Origin: Promethearchaeota archaeon
GTDB lineage: Archaea > Asgardarchaeota > Lokiarchaeia > Sigyniarchaeales > SOKP01
Direction of reading: 5' to 3'
DNA: 64,000 nucleotides
Assembly: GCA_019057865.1 (NCBI GenBank)
Contig: JAHLWP010000014.1
Coordinates: 1 to 64,000 of the forward strand
The first letter of the stretch is position 1, and each line of letters opens with the position of its first letter. Positions 19,704 to 31,195 of the stretch are shown piece after piece. Under the pieces are notes generated by a model that searched no databases, was not told the origin of the DNA, and saw only the letters and a program-made list of their open reading frames with translations. The position numbers and the translations under genes are program-made.

Positions 19704-20879
19704 ATGAAAATAGAATATGCTGAAAGAGTAAACAGATTACCAAAATATATTTTCGTGGCAATTGAAGAATTAAAAGCTAAGAAAAAGAAAGAAGGAATAG
19801 AATTCATTTCATTGGGAATAGGAGATCCCGATCTGACGACTCCGAAATTAATTATAAATGAGTTGATCAATCAGGTAAAAATTCCTGAAAATCAAAATTA
19901 TCCTGCTAGTATGGGAGAAGAGATCTTCAGAGAAGGGATTGCTAGATGGTATAAGGTAAGATTTGGGTTAGATTTTAATGCTGATAGAGAGGTTACTAAT
20001 GTATTAGGAGGAAAAGAAGGAGTTGCTAATATTGCAAGAGCATTTATCAATCCAGGAGATATTGTGCTATGTCCTAATCCAGGATATCCTGTTTATGCAA
20101 ATGGAGCAACAAAACTATGTGACGGAGAACCATATTTAATGCCATTAACAAAAGAGAATAAGTTTCTCCCAAATTTAGAAGCAATAGAGACTAAAATTCT
20201 AAAAAAAGCAAAAATGATGTATTTAAATTATCCTAATAATCCTACTGGAGCCATAGCACCTATAGAATATCTTAAAAAAGCTGTAGATTATGCTGAAGAT
20301 TATAATTTTATTATTATATACGATAATCCTTATTCTGAATTCACTTTTGGCGATTATATTGCCCCAACTTTATTACAAATCAATTCTGATCATATTGAAA
20401 TTAATAGTGCATCAAAAACATTTAATATGACAGGATTTAGATGTGGATGGGCAGTGGGCAATCAGGAAATTATTGAAGGATTAAGAAAAATAAAATCTCA
20501 AATTGATTCAGGGTGTCCAATTTTTATACAAAAAGCAGTAATAAAAGGATTAAATGAATATAAATCAGAAAAAAAACCAGAAATCGTGGATAAAAACATG
20601 AAGATTTATGAAAAAAGACGTAATGTACTGGTTGAAGGATTAAATAAGATTGGTTGGGAAATAGATAAACCAAAAGCAACTTTTTATGTATGGACTCAAA
20701 TTCCTGAGGGAGAAACCAATAGTATGGATTTTGTTAAAAAATTGATTAATGTAGGTGTAATTATAACTCCAGGGATTGGTTTTGGTCAATATGGAGAAGG
20801 ATTTGTAAGATTTGCTTTAACTCAACCTATAGAAAGAATTAAAGAAGCATTAGAAAGGATAGATAAAGCCCTTAACTAA
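19704..20879 (+). CDS. dapL: Class I PLP aminotransferase, LL-diaminopimelate aminotransferase-like
   Basis: SLGIGDPD, GGKEG, NYPNNPTG, SASKTFNMTGFRCG. Confidence 0.78.
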   Translation: MKIEYAERVNRLPKYIFVAIEELKAKKKKEGIEFISLGIGDPDLTTPKLIINELINQVKIPENQNYPASMGEEIFREGIARWYKVRFGLDFNADREVTNVLGGKEGVANIARAFINPGDIVLCPNPGYPVYANGATKLCDGEPYLMPLTKENKFLPNLEAIETKILKKAKMMYLNYPNNPTGAIAPIEYLKKAVDYAEDYNFIIIYDNPYSEFTFGDYIAPTLLQINSDHIEINSASKTFNMTGFRCGWAVGNQEIIEGLRKIKSQIDSGCPIFIQKAVIKGLNEYKSEKKPEIVDKNMKIYEKRRNVLVEGLNKIGWEIDKPKATFYVWTQIPEGETNSMDFVKKLINVGVIITPGIGFGQYGEGFVRFALTQPIERIKEALERIDKALN

Positions 20880-20919
20880 CAAAAATAAGTAAAGTAATTT
20901 TAAAAAAAAAAAAAAATTT

Positions 20920-21105
20920 TTATTTAGAAGATTTTTGATACTTGTTCCAAAGATAAGCTAGTTTTTTCTCATCTTCAGATTCTATTTTCCCAGGATTATC
21001 ATCCGAGTTATCTAGTATCATCATGACTGGAGTTTTATCAGAATCCCAATCTTTATAGTAATCAAGTATCATATAGGGATCTTTTTTGCTTAACTTATTT
21101 CCCAA
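20920..21105 (-). CDS. 61-aa microprotein A
   Basis: GGAGGTGA upstream of TTG; similar to 42076-42249. Confidence 0.75.
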   Translation of the reverse strand: MGNKLSKKDPYMILDYYKDWDSDKTPVMMILDNSDDNPGKIESEDEKKLAYLWNKYQKSSK

Positions 21106-21132
21106 CTATTTTTCACCTCCTTTTTTTGATTT

Positions 21133-21341
21133 AGCTTTCACTAGGAGAATGAAATCAGGATCTGACCTTTTTCGAATAAATTTTACATAGTTATTATATG
21201 TTAAGAGAATAAACCAATAAAAAATATAAGAAACAGGTCAAGAGATTTGATTTATTCTCTCTTAATAATACTACGGATGAATACAGCTATTACACCTAAA
21301 TGTAATCTACACCAATATGTCGTAGTATTATTTGAAAAGCT
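21133..21341 (-). ncRNA. Predicted multibranch structured 5' leader
   Basis: Stems 21133-21140/21333-21341, 21145-21173/21230-21259, and perfect 12-bp 21264-21275/21321-21332. Confidence 0.65.
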
Positions 21342-21364
21342 CATTATTAGAAAAGTAAAAAAAA

Positions 21365-21385
21365 TCCTTTATAAACTTTACCCAT
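21365..21385 (-). promoter_or_regulatory. Putative BRE/TATA promoter
   Basis: Minus strand gggtaaag-tttataaa, about 25 nt before the closing stem. Confidence 0.5.
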
Positions 21386-21673
21386 TTATTTCCCATTTTT
21401 CTCAAATATCGTGAATTATACAAAAAAGTAGTAATGATTTCAAAATTTGTCATTACTTTTCAATGATTTATGTTATCTTAATTATTAATTCTAAAAAAAT
21501 GGCAGCAGAAAACATCTTTAATGAGATGAATGTATTACAAAAGAAATATCTCCCGAAATTTATATAAAATTCATCTTTTCATAATATTTTTTTTAATGAA
21601 GAAAATTTTATGATACATTTTTTAATTAATATTTCCTATATACTCAAGATAATATTTTAAATTATCTTGAGAT

Positions 21674-24600
21674 ATGAAATCTGTAAAACCAGAAAATTCT
21701 GAAGAAAAGATTAAAAAAATAACAGAATTCCTTACAAAATTATTTAGATTTTGCTTTTTCCTAATAATTGCACCTTTCGCTATTTCTTTAGCTGGATTTG
21801 GGATCTTGGTACAATTTCCTTGGGCTTCATATATAGCGTTTACTATTTCTGTAATAATTTTTACGTTTGCTTTCCTCTTTTTTTATAAAAGTTTTGACAA
21901 ATATCGAAATAACCCTTTCTTTTATAATAAATCCAATAACCCAATTGCCAGAGTACATGTCATATTTTTAATATCTATATTATCTTATGTTGTAACCCCA
22001 ATTTTCGATCTCATTACGCCCAAACATTGGTCGTTTATATATCTTCCGTTGATTTCTTTTTCTCTTTTATATAATATTGTGTATTATTACTACTACTTTC
22101 AGCCTATCGATTTTTTCAATATAGGCGAAGGAGAGTTTAAGCATGCTATTAGTTTAAAATTGATGTTAAAACAACCCTATAATTTTGTTATTGTTATTAA
22201 TTATCTTATTCAAATATTATATCTATCTTTTATAACTTCTTCTGACTTTGCTTGGCTTTTTGGGCTTATTAATAATCTAATTTTTTATTTGATTACTTTT
22301 GCGTCTGTAAGTAAGCAACAGAATGAAATCAAAAAATCTATCGAAGATAACAAACCATTCTTAAAAAATCTAACAAAATTTAAGCGTAAATTTGTTACAT
22401 CTTTAGCTAGCTTTATGTTTGTTCTTTTGATTCAAATGCCTTTTATATCATTGGTATTTTTAATTCAGAGAGGTCAATTTTCAGTTAATATTCTTATAGA
22501 TGATGCGTTTCTAAGTTTTTTATTCCTCTTACTCTTTCTTAAAACTGTACTTTATATCTACTTACATTATGAATTTTTATTTGAGTTATACAAAAACCCC
22601 GAAACATCAAGGAATTCTGAAGAAGAAAATAAAGATACAAAAGTCAAATATCAAAAGTTAAGTTCGATATTAACAGGAATTTTAATATTATTAATAACAT
22701 TATACACTTTTCTTATAGAGTTACCTTATATTACGCTAATTATTCTTCCATTTTTTTTTATTTTTACTCATTATGAGCATAAATCAAATTATTCCTTTAG
22801 AAAATATGATAATTTTATAATTTTATTATACAGTCTTGCATTTTTAGCTTCTATCTCTTTTGGAATCTTACCTTCTATTTCAGATCTTATTAATTTCAAT
22901 ATTCAATTAATTGTTTTTTTCATTTCCTTTTATTTCATGTTAGAATTATTTAGAAGGGTTAATTATTTTAAAAAAGGAAATATCCTAATAACTCAAAATA
23001 TTCTTGCAATAATCGCATTTTTCTTGATCATTCTTAACTATGTTTATATTTCCACAGATCCTTATCTGACGCTTGTTTCTAACGTTTTTATAATTCTAAT
23101 TCTTTTCTTTGTTGTTTTATTACTTTCATTTTACAGATTATATGCAATTTTCTTCAAAGAAAAATACTCAAAAACATTCAAAATATGCGTACTAATGAAT
23201 TTATTTCTGATAGAATTAATTATCTTTATTCTCATCAATTTTAATACCTACTTTACAGTGAGTTTTAACCTTTTCATTAAGCTTTTAGTCATTTCTACTA
23301 TTTTATTTCCGTTAATATTCATGCTTTTTGTGTTATTGAATTATTTAATTGGCATGATTAACTTAAAGACGCTTTTAGCATCAATTTATTATTCTTTTTG
23401 GTCATTAATAGTAATTATTTTTCTATCTATACTCATTACATTCTTCCCAAACTATATTATGATGATTTTCAATTTCCTGCTTTTATTAATTCTTATTAAT
23501 TTCAGTTTGAAATTTGGGGTAAAAATAGCAAAAGTAAAAGAAGAAACCTATAAAAAGGCTATGAGTGTTTTATCTTATCCAATATTTTTGTTACTTTTAG
23601 CTTTAATTTTCTCTATATTTTATGCTTCCTTTCAATTTCTACTTTTAATCGACAACATAATTCTTTCATCATTTCTTACCTTAATTATTACATGTGTCTT
23701 AATAAATTGTTTTTCTAAAATAGAATTCTTATTTACAAGAGCTATATCCATCAATGTTAATTTGTTAACCCTATTACTCAGCTCAATCTATTTATTTTAC
23801 TATTTAAGGTTGTTATCTTTGATTTTAGGAACTTTTTATCTATTTACATTTCCCGTAATAATTACGTGCTCATTTTTTTATCTTCCAATAATGTATTCAT
23901 TAAAGAAAAATATAGCGCCAAAATTAACAAAAACAGCATTAGTATATAATGGCATATTTTTATCTGTATTTCTGGCCCTCATTCCAACATTCATTTATTT
24001 AGAATTAATTAATCTAGGATATAGAGTTAATATTATCACAGTATTTAATGTTATCAATTTTACTCTTTATATTCTCTTTGGAATTCTACTCATTTACCGC
24101 TTTAAAATAAGAGAAAATCTTAAGAGAATTATTTTAATATCTGCACTTTTAATTGCTTTTCTTTTAACTGGAACAACTGTATTTTTTTACTTTTTTATAA
24201 TATTTTATGAGACTTCATTTAGATTTTTATTACCATTAATGATAGCATCCTCTTACTTCTTCATCCCTACTACTTACTCTTATAGAAAAAGACTTATGAA
24301 GGAATCTATAGGGAAGAAAATCTTAACTTATAACATCTTACTATTATCTGGGTTGATATTATGTATTCCAACATTCATCTATCTAGAATTAATTAATCTA
24401 GGATTACCTGTTGATATTATCACAGTTATTACTGATATCAATTTTACTCTTTATACTCTCTTTGGAATTTTAATCATTATAAACTTTAAAGTAAGAGAAA
24501 ATCTTAAAATATTTATTTTAAAATTGGAAGTTTTAATTGCCACCCTTTTAACTGGAACAACAGTATTCTTTTACTTTTTTATAATTTTCTATGAGACTTC

Positions 24601-27600
24601 ATTTAGATTTTTGTTACCATTAATGCTAGCATCCTCTTACTTCTTCATACCTAGTACTTACTCTTATAGAAAAAGACTTTTGAAAGAGTCTATTGGGAAG
24701 AAAATCTTAACCTATAACACTTTGTTATTATCTGGATTGATATTATGTATTCCAACATTCATTTATTTAGAATTAATTAATCTAGGATTACCTGTGAACG
24801 TTATCACACTTATCACAGATGTCAATTTTACTCTTTATACTCTCTTTGGAATTTTAATTATTATAAACTTCAAAATAAGAGAAAATCTTAAAAGATTTAT
24901 TTTAAAATTGGAAGTTTTAGTTGCTACCCTTTTAACTGGGACGACTGTATTTTTTTACTTTTTTATAGTTTTCTATGACACCCTATTCAGATTTTTGTTA
25001 CCATTAATGCTAGCATCCATATACTTCTTCATACCTAGTACTTACTCTTATAGAAAAGGACTTCTAAAGGAATCTATAGGGAAAAAAAGCTTAATTTATA
25101 ATAGTGTATTTTTATCTGGAATAATTTTATGCGTTCCAACTCCAATGGGTTTACAAATAGAACGAATGGGTTTAAGCGTTGATTACATTCTCATCTTAAT
25201 TTTTACAATCTTCATTTTATTTGTCATTTTAAGGATTTTTGATTCAATGGCTGAAAATTTTAAATTAAAAGAGATCTACATCAAAGCTTTAAGATTTCTT
25301 CAGATCTTTGTTTGGTTAATCTTCTCCTTTTTTATATCACTTGAGATTATACTATTAGGTTTAACACAATCTCTTCTTACAATAAGACTTTTAATAATAA
25401 GCTGTTCTATTTTAACTTTCTTTATTATTAATACTTATACTTTAAAATTACTTCAACTCTATTCAAAAGAATTAACTTTCCTTAGATATCTAAAAGATAC
25501 TTTATACTATGGTCTAATTTTTTCTCCATCATTAGTGATTTTTTCTTTAATACAGTTAAGCGAAGTTTTAAAATATTTACCTACAGAAATGCAACCTTTC
25601 AATCTGTTTTGGTATCTCGGTTTCTTTTTCCTGATAGTATTTATATCATTTAAGTTTAGCAGTGCTTTAATAAAAGCCGAATTTCCTAAATTACAGAGGA
25701 ATATTGAATTTGTATCGTGGCTAATTGCTAAAGTTTGTATCTGCTTTTTTATATCCTTTATTCTTACCTACTTTTTATCATTAGTTCAGTTTTCAGTTTT
25801 TAATCTAACAATTACTTTCATTCTAATTGTTTCACTATTATCCCCTATTACTTTTTCCTATTTCGAGAAATTTGAGTTAGTTTCTGAAGAATATCGATTC
25901 TTTATCAAAAGATTCACTGTAATTCTATTTATTACTGACATTTTAAGTTTTATATCGTATTCATGGCTTTTTAATAATCCTATTTATGGTCAATTTAATT
26001 TGATTCTTACAGCTACATTAACATTAAGTCTTACTGGATTAGCCTATGTTTTATTATTTTATAAATCACGATTACCATTAAGAAGAATTTCTTTCTTTAT
26101 AGTTTTACCATGCATTGTTATCAGCTTTCCTATTTTCTTATATTTCTTTATTAGTGTGTCTCTTTCCATACCATTTGGAGATATGTTTCCATTAATCATA
26201 GCTATTGATGTTGGAATTTTTCTTTTCTATTTATCTATTGGAATATATCAGTGGAAATTTTCTTGGGCAATTTGGAGGACAGGATGGTATGCCTGGTTTA
26301 TTGTACCTTTTGTTAATTTTTATCTATTATATAGAAGTCTTAAAGGTGTCGATATAGCTACAAGTGCTATAGATTTTTTTGGATATGAAATAAATGGATC
26401 ATTTCTTCTCACTACTGTGATCTTTTTTCTATTTTTCTTACCTATTGCATATACAAAAATTAAGATATATTTCTATCAAATTTTACTCATTATTTGGGGC
26501 ATAAACCTAGCTTTACTTTATTGGATTAGTCAAAATCTATTTCTGACTAATTTCTTATTAAGATATTTGGTATTTGCTCTTTTTGCAGCCGTTTTATTAG
26601 CGCCCCTGTTCTATAAATTGAAATTTTGGAAAACAATCTCGTTCGTATGGCTAATCCTTATAGCAATTAATGCAAATTTTTTAATTTTCTTTCTATTATC
26701 ATTAAAAATCCCTTTAGACATTGCGATTTCAATTGATATTTTCGCCATTGCCATGTTGGTTTTAATTTTATCATTTTTTCCTGCTTTTAAATCAATAAAA
26801 AATCTCGTTATCATTAGTTCTTACATAACAGCGATAATTGGGATTTTTCTAACAATTTATTTTATATTGTTTCATATAATCTTAGATCCAATTTTTGCTT
26901 TAAATATAACTTTTATATTTGTTGGATTTAGTTTATTTTCTTCTAAATATATTAAACCAATTAAACGATTAACAGACATGATATCTTCTTGGATTCTAAT
27001 ATTTGGTATTTCATGGTTAACTTTTAATTCATTTAATTTGCTGCCTAATCTACTATTTTTTGCTATATTTCTAGCAATTGCTGTGTGGGGCGGTTCTTTT
27101 TATGTTTTTAATTACTATAAAATGAAAATTCATATCCACAAAATAATTCCCTTTTCAGCGGTATCATTTGGTATTTCTTCTGCTGTTTCTTCCTTTCTGG
27201 TCATATTTCTGCCAGAAAATCCATTTTTTATAGCTAGTATTTTTGTATTGATTTCTCTGTTATTCGTTTACTATCCGTTAGGCAATTATAGATTATATTT
27301 ATGGTATTTGTTTCCCTTACCGTTGACATTTATTTTTCAGGAATTATTCTTAATGATTGATTTTATTCAATCTTCCCTCTTTTTAGCAATTTTAATATTT
27401 TTGGTTGATTATTTGATAATGTACCAACTAATAATGAATATTTCAAATTCTCACTATGAAGAAGCTAAAATAAAAGGAGAGAATACTTTATCGTATTTTT
27501 TCAAAGATAAGAATCAAATTAAATTACAAAATCTAATCTGCTTTATAATAAATTCAATTTATTTTTCAATACTCATATCAGTTATTAGTGCAAATATATT

Positions 27601-30600
27601 TAAACAAGTATTATTCAGAGATTTAATATTAGTTTATCAGATTCTTAATATTCTGATCATTCTACCCTTTCTTCTATTATTTTGCATAAAATATATTATA
27701 AAATCAGAACTTGAATTAAAAGTTAAAAATATATTAATTTATATTCACAAAATAAGTTATTTTATATATTTAATTGTCCCATTGGCAACAGCTTTTAATC
27801 TTTTCTTATTAATGCTTAAATTAGATGTTACTCTAACAAATTCTCTTTATTTATTCTTAATAATCTTAAGTGGAATGTTATTTACTGAATTATTTATTTT
27901 TGATAATCGATATTTTTATTACTTATTCGTTGCTGCTCGGAATAAGTTAATGTTTTGGTCATGGGTGATATTCGGTAATTTCTCTTGCATTTTCCTTTAT
28001 TTCTTCCATTTAGATGAATATATTTTAATATTATCATTCTCTCTGGTAAATTTAATTGATTCTTACTTCATTTCATATTTTAATATCAAAAACGAAAATT
28101 TAGCATCAATAATACACTTAATACTAATCTATAATTCATTTATATGGGTTTCATTTTACATTTCTTCTCTAATATCTAACGGAATAGTATTAATTCTTGA
28201 AGAAGTGCGTGGGATACCCTCACTTTTATTATTCATTCAAAATTCAATATTATTTCTATTTATATTTAGTTTTTTCATAAGAAAAGCTAAAGAAAAGATA
28301 AAAATTACTATAAAACTCCTATTAATAGCCGGTTTTCATATAATTTTTGCCATAAATTGGATTGTTATATTTTCAGTATTCAATATTTTAGATCTTTTCA
28401 CAATTTATTTTACCATTTTAATTGAAACATGCATATCATTTATTACAGTCAAATTAATGGATAGTTTAGTTAAAAAAGAAAAGTTTCCTAACTTTCTAAC
28501 GAAATCTAATTCTTTAATTGTATTTTTATTATATCTTGAAACAAGTTTAATGGTTTATGGACTTGCAATTGAATTTTTAGGATTTTTCGAAAGTATTTCT
28601 CTGTCTCAATTGACTTTATTTATTTTAACTTCATTTGATATATATTTTCTAAAAAAAATAAGAGAAACTTATGGAAGATTAATTCACACAATTAGTTATT
28701 TTATACTCTCCTTATCAACTCTTTTAATCCTAAACCAGTTTGTAAAATTTAATCCCCTTCTAATTAGTATAGAAGTCTTTATCTTTTTAATTATGCAATT
28801 TTATACAAATCATTCACTTTTTCTTTCTTTATCTCACTTTTATCCTGATAAAGCAGAAACCTTTAAACGCCATAAACTTAAAACACATCATTCTTTAGGG
28901 ATATTTTTATACGTTTCTGTACTATTAATTATAATTCAATCTCTTCTTATAATCGGAGTTGAAATTTCTTTACTCATTCTTATAACAAGTCTTTTTCTCC
29001 ACGGATTAATGATTCTTGATGCTTATCAATTAAAACTTTTAGGAAAGCTTTCAATATACCTTAAAGGAATTTCTTGGCTTTTATTTAAAATATTTTTTGC
29101 CATAAATTGGATTGTTATATTTTCAGTATTCAATATTTTAAATCTTTTCACAATTTATTTTCTCATTTTAATTGAAACATGTTTAACATTTATTACAATC
29201 AAATATTTGGATGGGTTATTTAAAGAAGGAAAATTTCCTAACTTTCTAACGAAATCTAATTCTTTAATTATCTTTTTATTATATCTTGAGACAAGTGTAA
29301 TGATTTATGGACTTGCAATTGAATTTTTAGGATTTTTCGAAAGTATTTTTATATCTCAATTAACTTTATTTATTTTAACTTCATTTGATATCTATTTTCT
29401 AAAAAAAATAAGAGAAAGTTATGGAAGACTAGTTCACACAATTAGTTATTTTATACTCTCCTTAACAACTCTTTTAATCTTAAACCAATTTGTAAAAATT
29501 AATCCCCTTCTAATGAGTATAGAAGTCTTTATCTTTTTAATTATGCAATTTTATACAAATCATTCACTTTTTCTTTCTTTATCTCACTTTTATCCTGATA
29601 AAGCAGAAACCTTTAAACGCCATAAACTTAAAACACATCATTCTTTAGGGATATTTTTATACGTTTCTGTACTATTAATTATAATTCAATCTCTTCTTAT
29701 AATCGGAGTTGAAATTTCTTTACTCATTCTTATAACAAGTCTTTTTCTCCACGGATTAATGATTCTTGATGCTTATCAATTAAAACTTTTAGGAAAGCTT
29801 TCCATATACCTTAAAGGAATTTCTTGGCTATTATTTATCTTCTTTTCAAATTTTTATTTATTATCGATTTATCTAACTTATTTATCTGACATTTTGATTT
29901 CTTCTATTCCGCCTTTAATTTTGCTCTTTATCATAGAACTTTTCTATTTAATTAAATTGGTTGAATTTTTGCCGAAACTGAGCTCAAATAAAGATAAAAT
30001 TAGAAAAAGTTTGCTTCTTATATTATGTTTTGATTTTATAATTTGGCCTTTATTTTTCTTAGGATTCAATTTAATTCTTAATATTACTCTATTCCTAATT
30101 TCATTTTATGTTCTAGTCATAATCTCTTATATTGATGAAAGAATATCTCATATTTTTGAAGAGAAATTCTTAAAAAAGCTTAGATTTACTACTTCCTTCA
30201 TAATTCTAATAATATTAATAGTTGATATTTTTCTTTGGTTACATCTCTCATTTAATCTTTCTCTCCCACTAAATACCTGTATTTCCCTTTTAATCTTTTC
30301 AATATTTAACATTGGATTACTTAAGCCATTTAAAAGAGCTCCTAATTTTTCCTTTGCTTATGGGGGGTTTATCTCTTTATTAATAAGTTTGATAATTTAT
30401 TTTGCAACCTCTCAAACGTTAACAAGTATTGTTCTCTTTCCTATAATGCTTACTTTTTATCTCTTTATATTTATGCTTGAAGTTTTAAAGACATTTTTTA
30501 ATAAACTTTTAGACCTTTTAATACATTTTTTCAGTCGATTAAAAAAATTTATAAAATATATTGGTATCAAGATTTTCAATTTTTTAAAATTACATTATAA

Positions 30601-31048
30601 AATTATCTGGGTCTCATTTAGTTTATTTCTTGCAGTTTCAATTGGCATTCTTTTATCTCCATTGCAACTAAATTATTTAAATTGGTATCATTCTGTTTTT
30701 GTTATGCTTGGACTTTTTGGTCTACTTTCTTTATTTTTACCTTCTAAAAAAACAGAAGATGTTGATTTGATGTTCAAACATAGAATGAGAAAACTAATTA
30801 CCTCATGGATAACAGTGATCGCAATATTATTCCTGTTTATTCCTGATCCTGTTTGGTACATAATTGCTTTTTGGATATCTATTTGGATTTTGGGAATAAT
30901 TCTATTACCTTATGTTATTTATAAAGAAAGAAAAGATAATATTTCAGTCAAGTGGAGATTTTATACACTAATTATTATCCTAACAGCTATTATTCTCGTA
31001 GGAATACCTGCTATATTTAGTATCTTAATAGAATTTAATGTAATTTGA
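21674..31048 (+). CDS. Giant 3124-aa polytopic membrane protein of unknown function
   Basis: Uninterrupted ORF of successive hydrophobic helices with short Lys-rich loops. Confidence 0.88.
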   Translation: MKSVKPENSEEKIKKITEFLTKLFRFCFFLIIAPFAISLAGFGILVQFPWASYIAFTISVIIFTFAFLFFYKSFDKYRNNPFFYNKSNNPIARVHVIFLISILSYVVTPIFDLITPKHWSFIYLPLISFSLLYNIVYYYYYFQPIDFFNIGEGEFKHAISLKLMLKQPYNFVIVINYLIQILYLSFITSSDFAWLFGLINNLIFYLITFASVSKQQNEIKKSIEDNKPFLKNLTKFKRKFVTSLASFMFVLLIQMPFISLVFLIQRGQFSVNILIDDAFLSFLFLLLFLKTVLYIYLHYEFLFELYKNPETSRNSEEENKDTKVKYQKLSSILTGILILLITLYTFLIELPYITLIILPFFFIFTHYEHKSNYSFRKYDNFIILLYSLAFLASISFGILPSISDLINFNIQLIVFFISFYFMLELFRRVNYFKKGNILITQNILAIIAFFLIILNYVYISTDPYLTLVSNVFIILILFFVVLLLSFYRLYAIFFKEKYSKTFKICVLMNLFLIELIIFILINFNTYFTVSFNLFIKLLVISTILFPLIFMLFVLLNYLIGMINLKTLLASIYYSFWSLIVIIFLSILITFFPNYIMMIFNFLLLLILINFSLKFGVKIAKVKEETYKKAMSVLSYPIFLLLLALIFSIFYASFQFLLLIDNIILSSFLTLIITCVLINCFSKIEFLFTRAISINVNLLTLLLSSIYLFYYLRLLSLILGTFYLFTFPVIITCSFFYLPIMYSLKKNIAPKLTKTALVYNGIFLSVFLALIPTFIYLELINLGYRVNIITVFNVINFTLYILFGILLIYRFKIRENLKRIILISALLIAFLLTGTTVFFYFFIIFYETSFRFLLPLMIASSYFFIPTTYSYRKRLMKESIGKKILTYNILLLSGLILCIPTFIYLELINLGLPVDIITVITDINFTLYTLFGILIIINFKVRENLKIFILKLEVLIATLLTGTTVFFYFFIIFYETSFRFLLPLMLASSYFFIPSTYSYRKRLLKESIGKKILTYNTLLLSGLILCIPTFIYLELINLGLPVNVITLITDVNFTLYTLFGILIIINFKIRENLKRFILKLEVLVATLLTGTTVFFYFFIVFYDTLFRFLLPLMLASIYFFIPSTYSYRKGLLKESIGKKSLIYNSVFLSGIILCVPTPMGLQIERMGLSVDYILILIFTIFILFVILRIFDSMAENFKLKEIYIKALRFLQIFVWLIFSFFISLEIILLGLTQSLLTIRLLIISCSILTFFIINTYTLKLLQLYSKELTFLRYLKDTLYYGLIFSPSLVIFSLIQLSEVLKYLPTEMQPFNLFWYLGFFFLIVFISFKFSSALIKAEFPKLQRNIEFVSWLIAKVCICFFISFILTYFLSLVQFSVFNLTITFILIVSLLSPITFSYFEKFELVSEEYRFFIKRFTVILFITDILSFISYSWLFNNPIYGQFNLILTATLTLSLTGLAYVLLFYKSRLPLRRISFFIVLPCIVISFPIFLYFFISVSLSIPFGDMFPLIIAIDVGIFLFYLSIGIYQWKFSWAIWRTGWYAWFIVPFVNFYLLYRSLKGVDIATSAIDFFGYEINGSFLLTTVIFFLFFLPIAYTKIKIYFYQILLIIWGINLALLYWISQNLFLTNFLLRYLVFALFAAVLLAPLFYKLKFWKTISFVWLILIAINANFLIFFLLSLKIPLDIAISIDIFAIAMLVLILSFFPAFKSIKNLVIISSYITAIIGIFLTIYFILFHIILDPIFALNITFIFVGFSLFSSKYIKPIKRLTDMISSWILIFGISWLTFNSFNLLPNLLFFAIFLAIAVWGGSFYVFNYYKMKIHIHKIIPFSAVSFGISSAVSSFLVIFLPENPFFIASIFVLISLLFVYYPLGNYRLYLWYLFPLPLTFIFQELFLMIDFIQSSLFLAILIFLVDYLIMYQLIMNISNSHYEEAKIKGENTLSYFFKDKNQIKLQNLICFIINSIYFSILISVISANIFKQVLFRDLILVYQILNILIILPFLLLFCIKYIIKSELELKVKNILIYIHKISYFIYLIVPLATAFNLFLLMLKLDVTLTNSLYLFLIILSGMLFTELFIFDNRYFYYLFVAARNKLMFWSWVIFGNFSCIFLYFFHLDEYILILSFSLVNLIDSYFISYFNIKNENLASIIHLILIYNSFIWVSFYISSLISNGIVLILEEVRGIPSLLLFIQNSILFLFIFSFFIRKAKEKIKITIKLLLIAGFHIIFAINWIVIFSVFNILDLFTIYFTILIETCISFITVKLMDSLVKKEKFPNFLTKSNSLIVFLLYLETSLMVYGLAIEFLGFFESISLSQLTLFILTSFDIYFLKKIRETYGRLIHTISYFILSLSTLLILNQFVKFNPLLISIEVFIFLIMQFYTNHSLFLSLSHFYPDKAETFKRHKLKTHHSLGIFLYVSVLLIIIQSLLIIGVEISLLILITSLFLHGLMILDAYQLKLLGKLSIYLKGISWLLFKIFFAINWIVIFSVFNILNLFTIYFLILIETCLTFITIKYLDGLFKEGKFPNFLTKSNSLIIFLLYLETSVMIYGLAIEFLGFFESIFISQLTLFILTSFDIYFLKKIRESYGRLVHTISYFILSLTTLLILNQFVKINPLLMSIEVFIFLIMQFYTNHSLFLSLSHFYPDKAETFKRHKLKTHHSLGIFLYVSVLLIIIQSLLIIGVEISLLILITSLFLHGLMILDAYQLKLLGKLSIYLKGISWLLFIFFSNFYLLSIYLTYLSDILISSIPPLILLFIIELFYLIKLVEFLPKLSSNKDKIRKSLLLILCFDFIIWPLFFLGFNLILNITLFLISFYVLVIISYIDERISHIFEEKFLKKLRFTTSFIILIILIVDIFLWLHLSFNLSLPLNTCISLLIFSIFNIGLLKPFKRAPNFSFAYGGFISLLISLIIYFATSQTLTSIVLFPIMLTFYLFIFMLEVLKTFFNKLLDLLIHFFSRLKKFIKYIGIKIFNFLKLHYKIIWVSFSLFLAVSIGILLSPLQLNYLNWYHSVFVMLGLFGLLSLFLPSKKTEDVDLMFKHRMRKLITSWITVIAILFLFIPDPVWYIIAFWISIWILGIILLPYVIYKERKDNISVKWRFYTLIIILTAIILVGIPAIFSILIEFNVI
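23981..25140 (+). repeat. Intragenic 384-bp tandem repeat x3
   Basis: attccaacattcat at 23981, 24365, 24749; gttccaac at 25133. Confidence 0.92.
28344..29833 (+). repeat. Intragenic 750-bp tandem duplication
   Basis: cataaattggattg at 28351 and 29101; distal parts nearly identical. Confidence 0.92.
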
Positions 31049-31195
31049 ATTAAAGGGTTTTGATTTTCCTTAAATTCCTTCTTTCTTCAAATAGAAAAGT
31101 GACTAATAATTTTTGCTAGATATAAACACTAATTAAAAAAGAATTAAAAAAAAAAGTAAATTTTAGATAAGTATTTTCTACTTTTGTTGCCTTTA

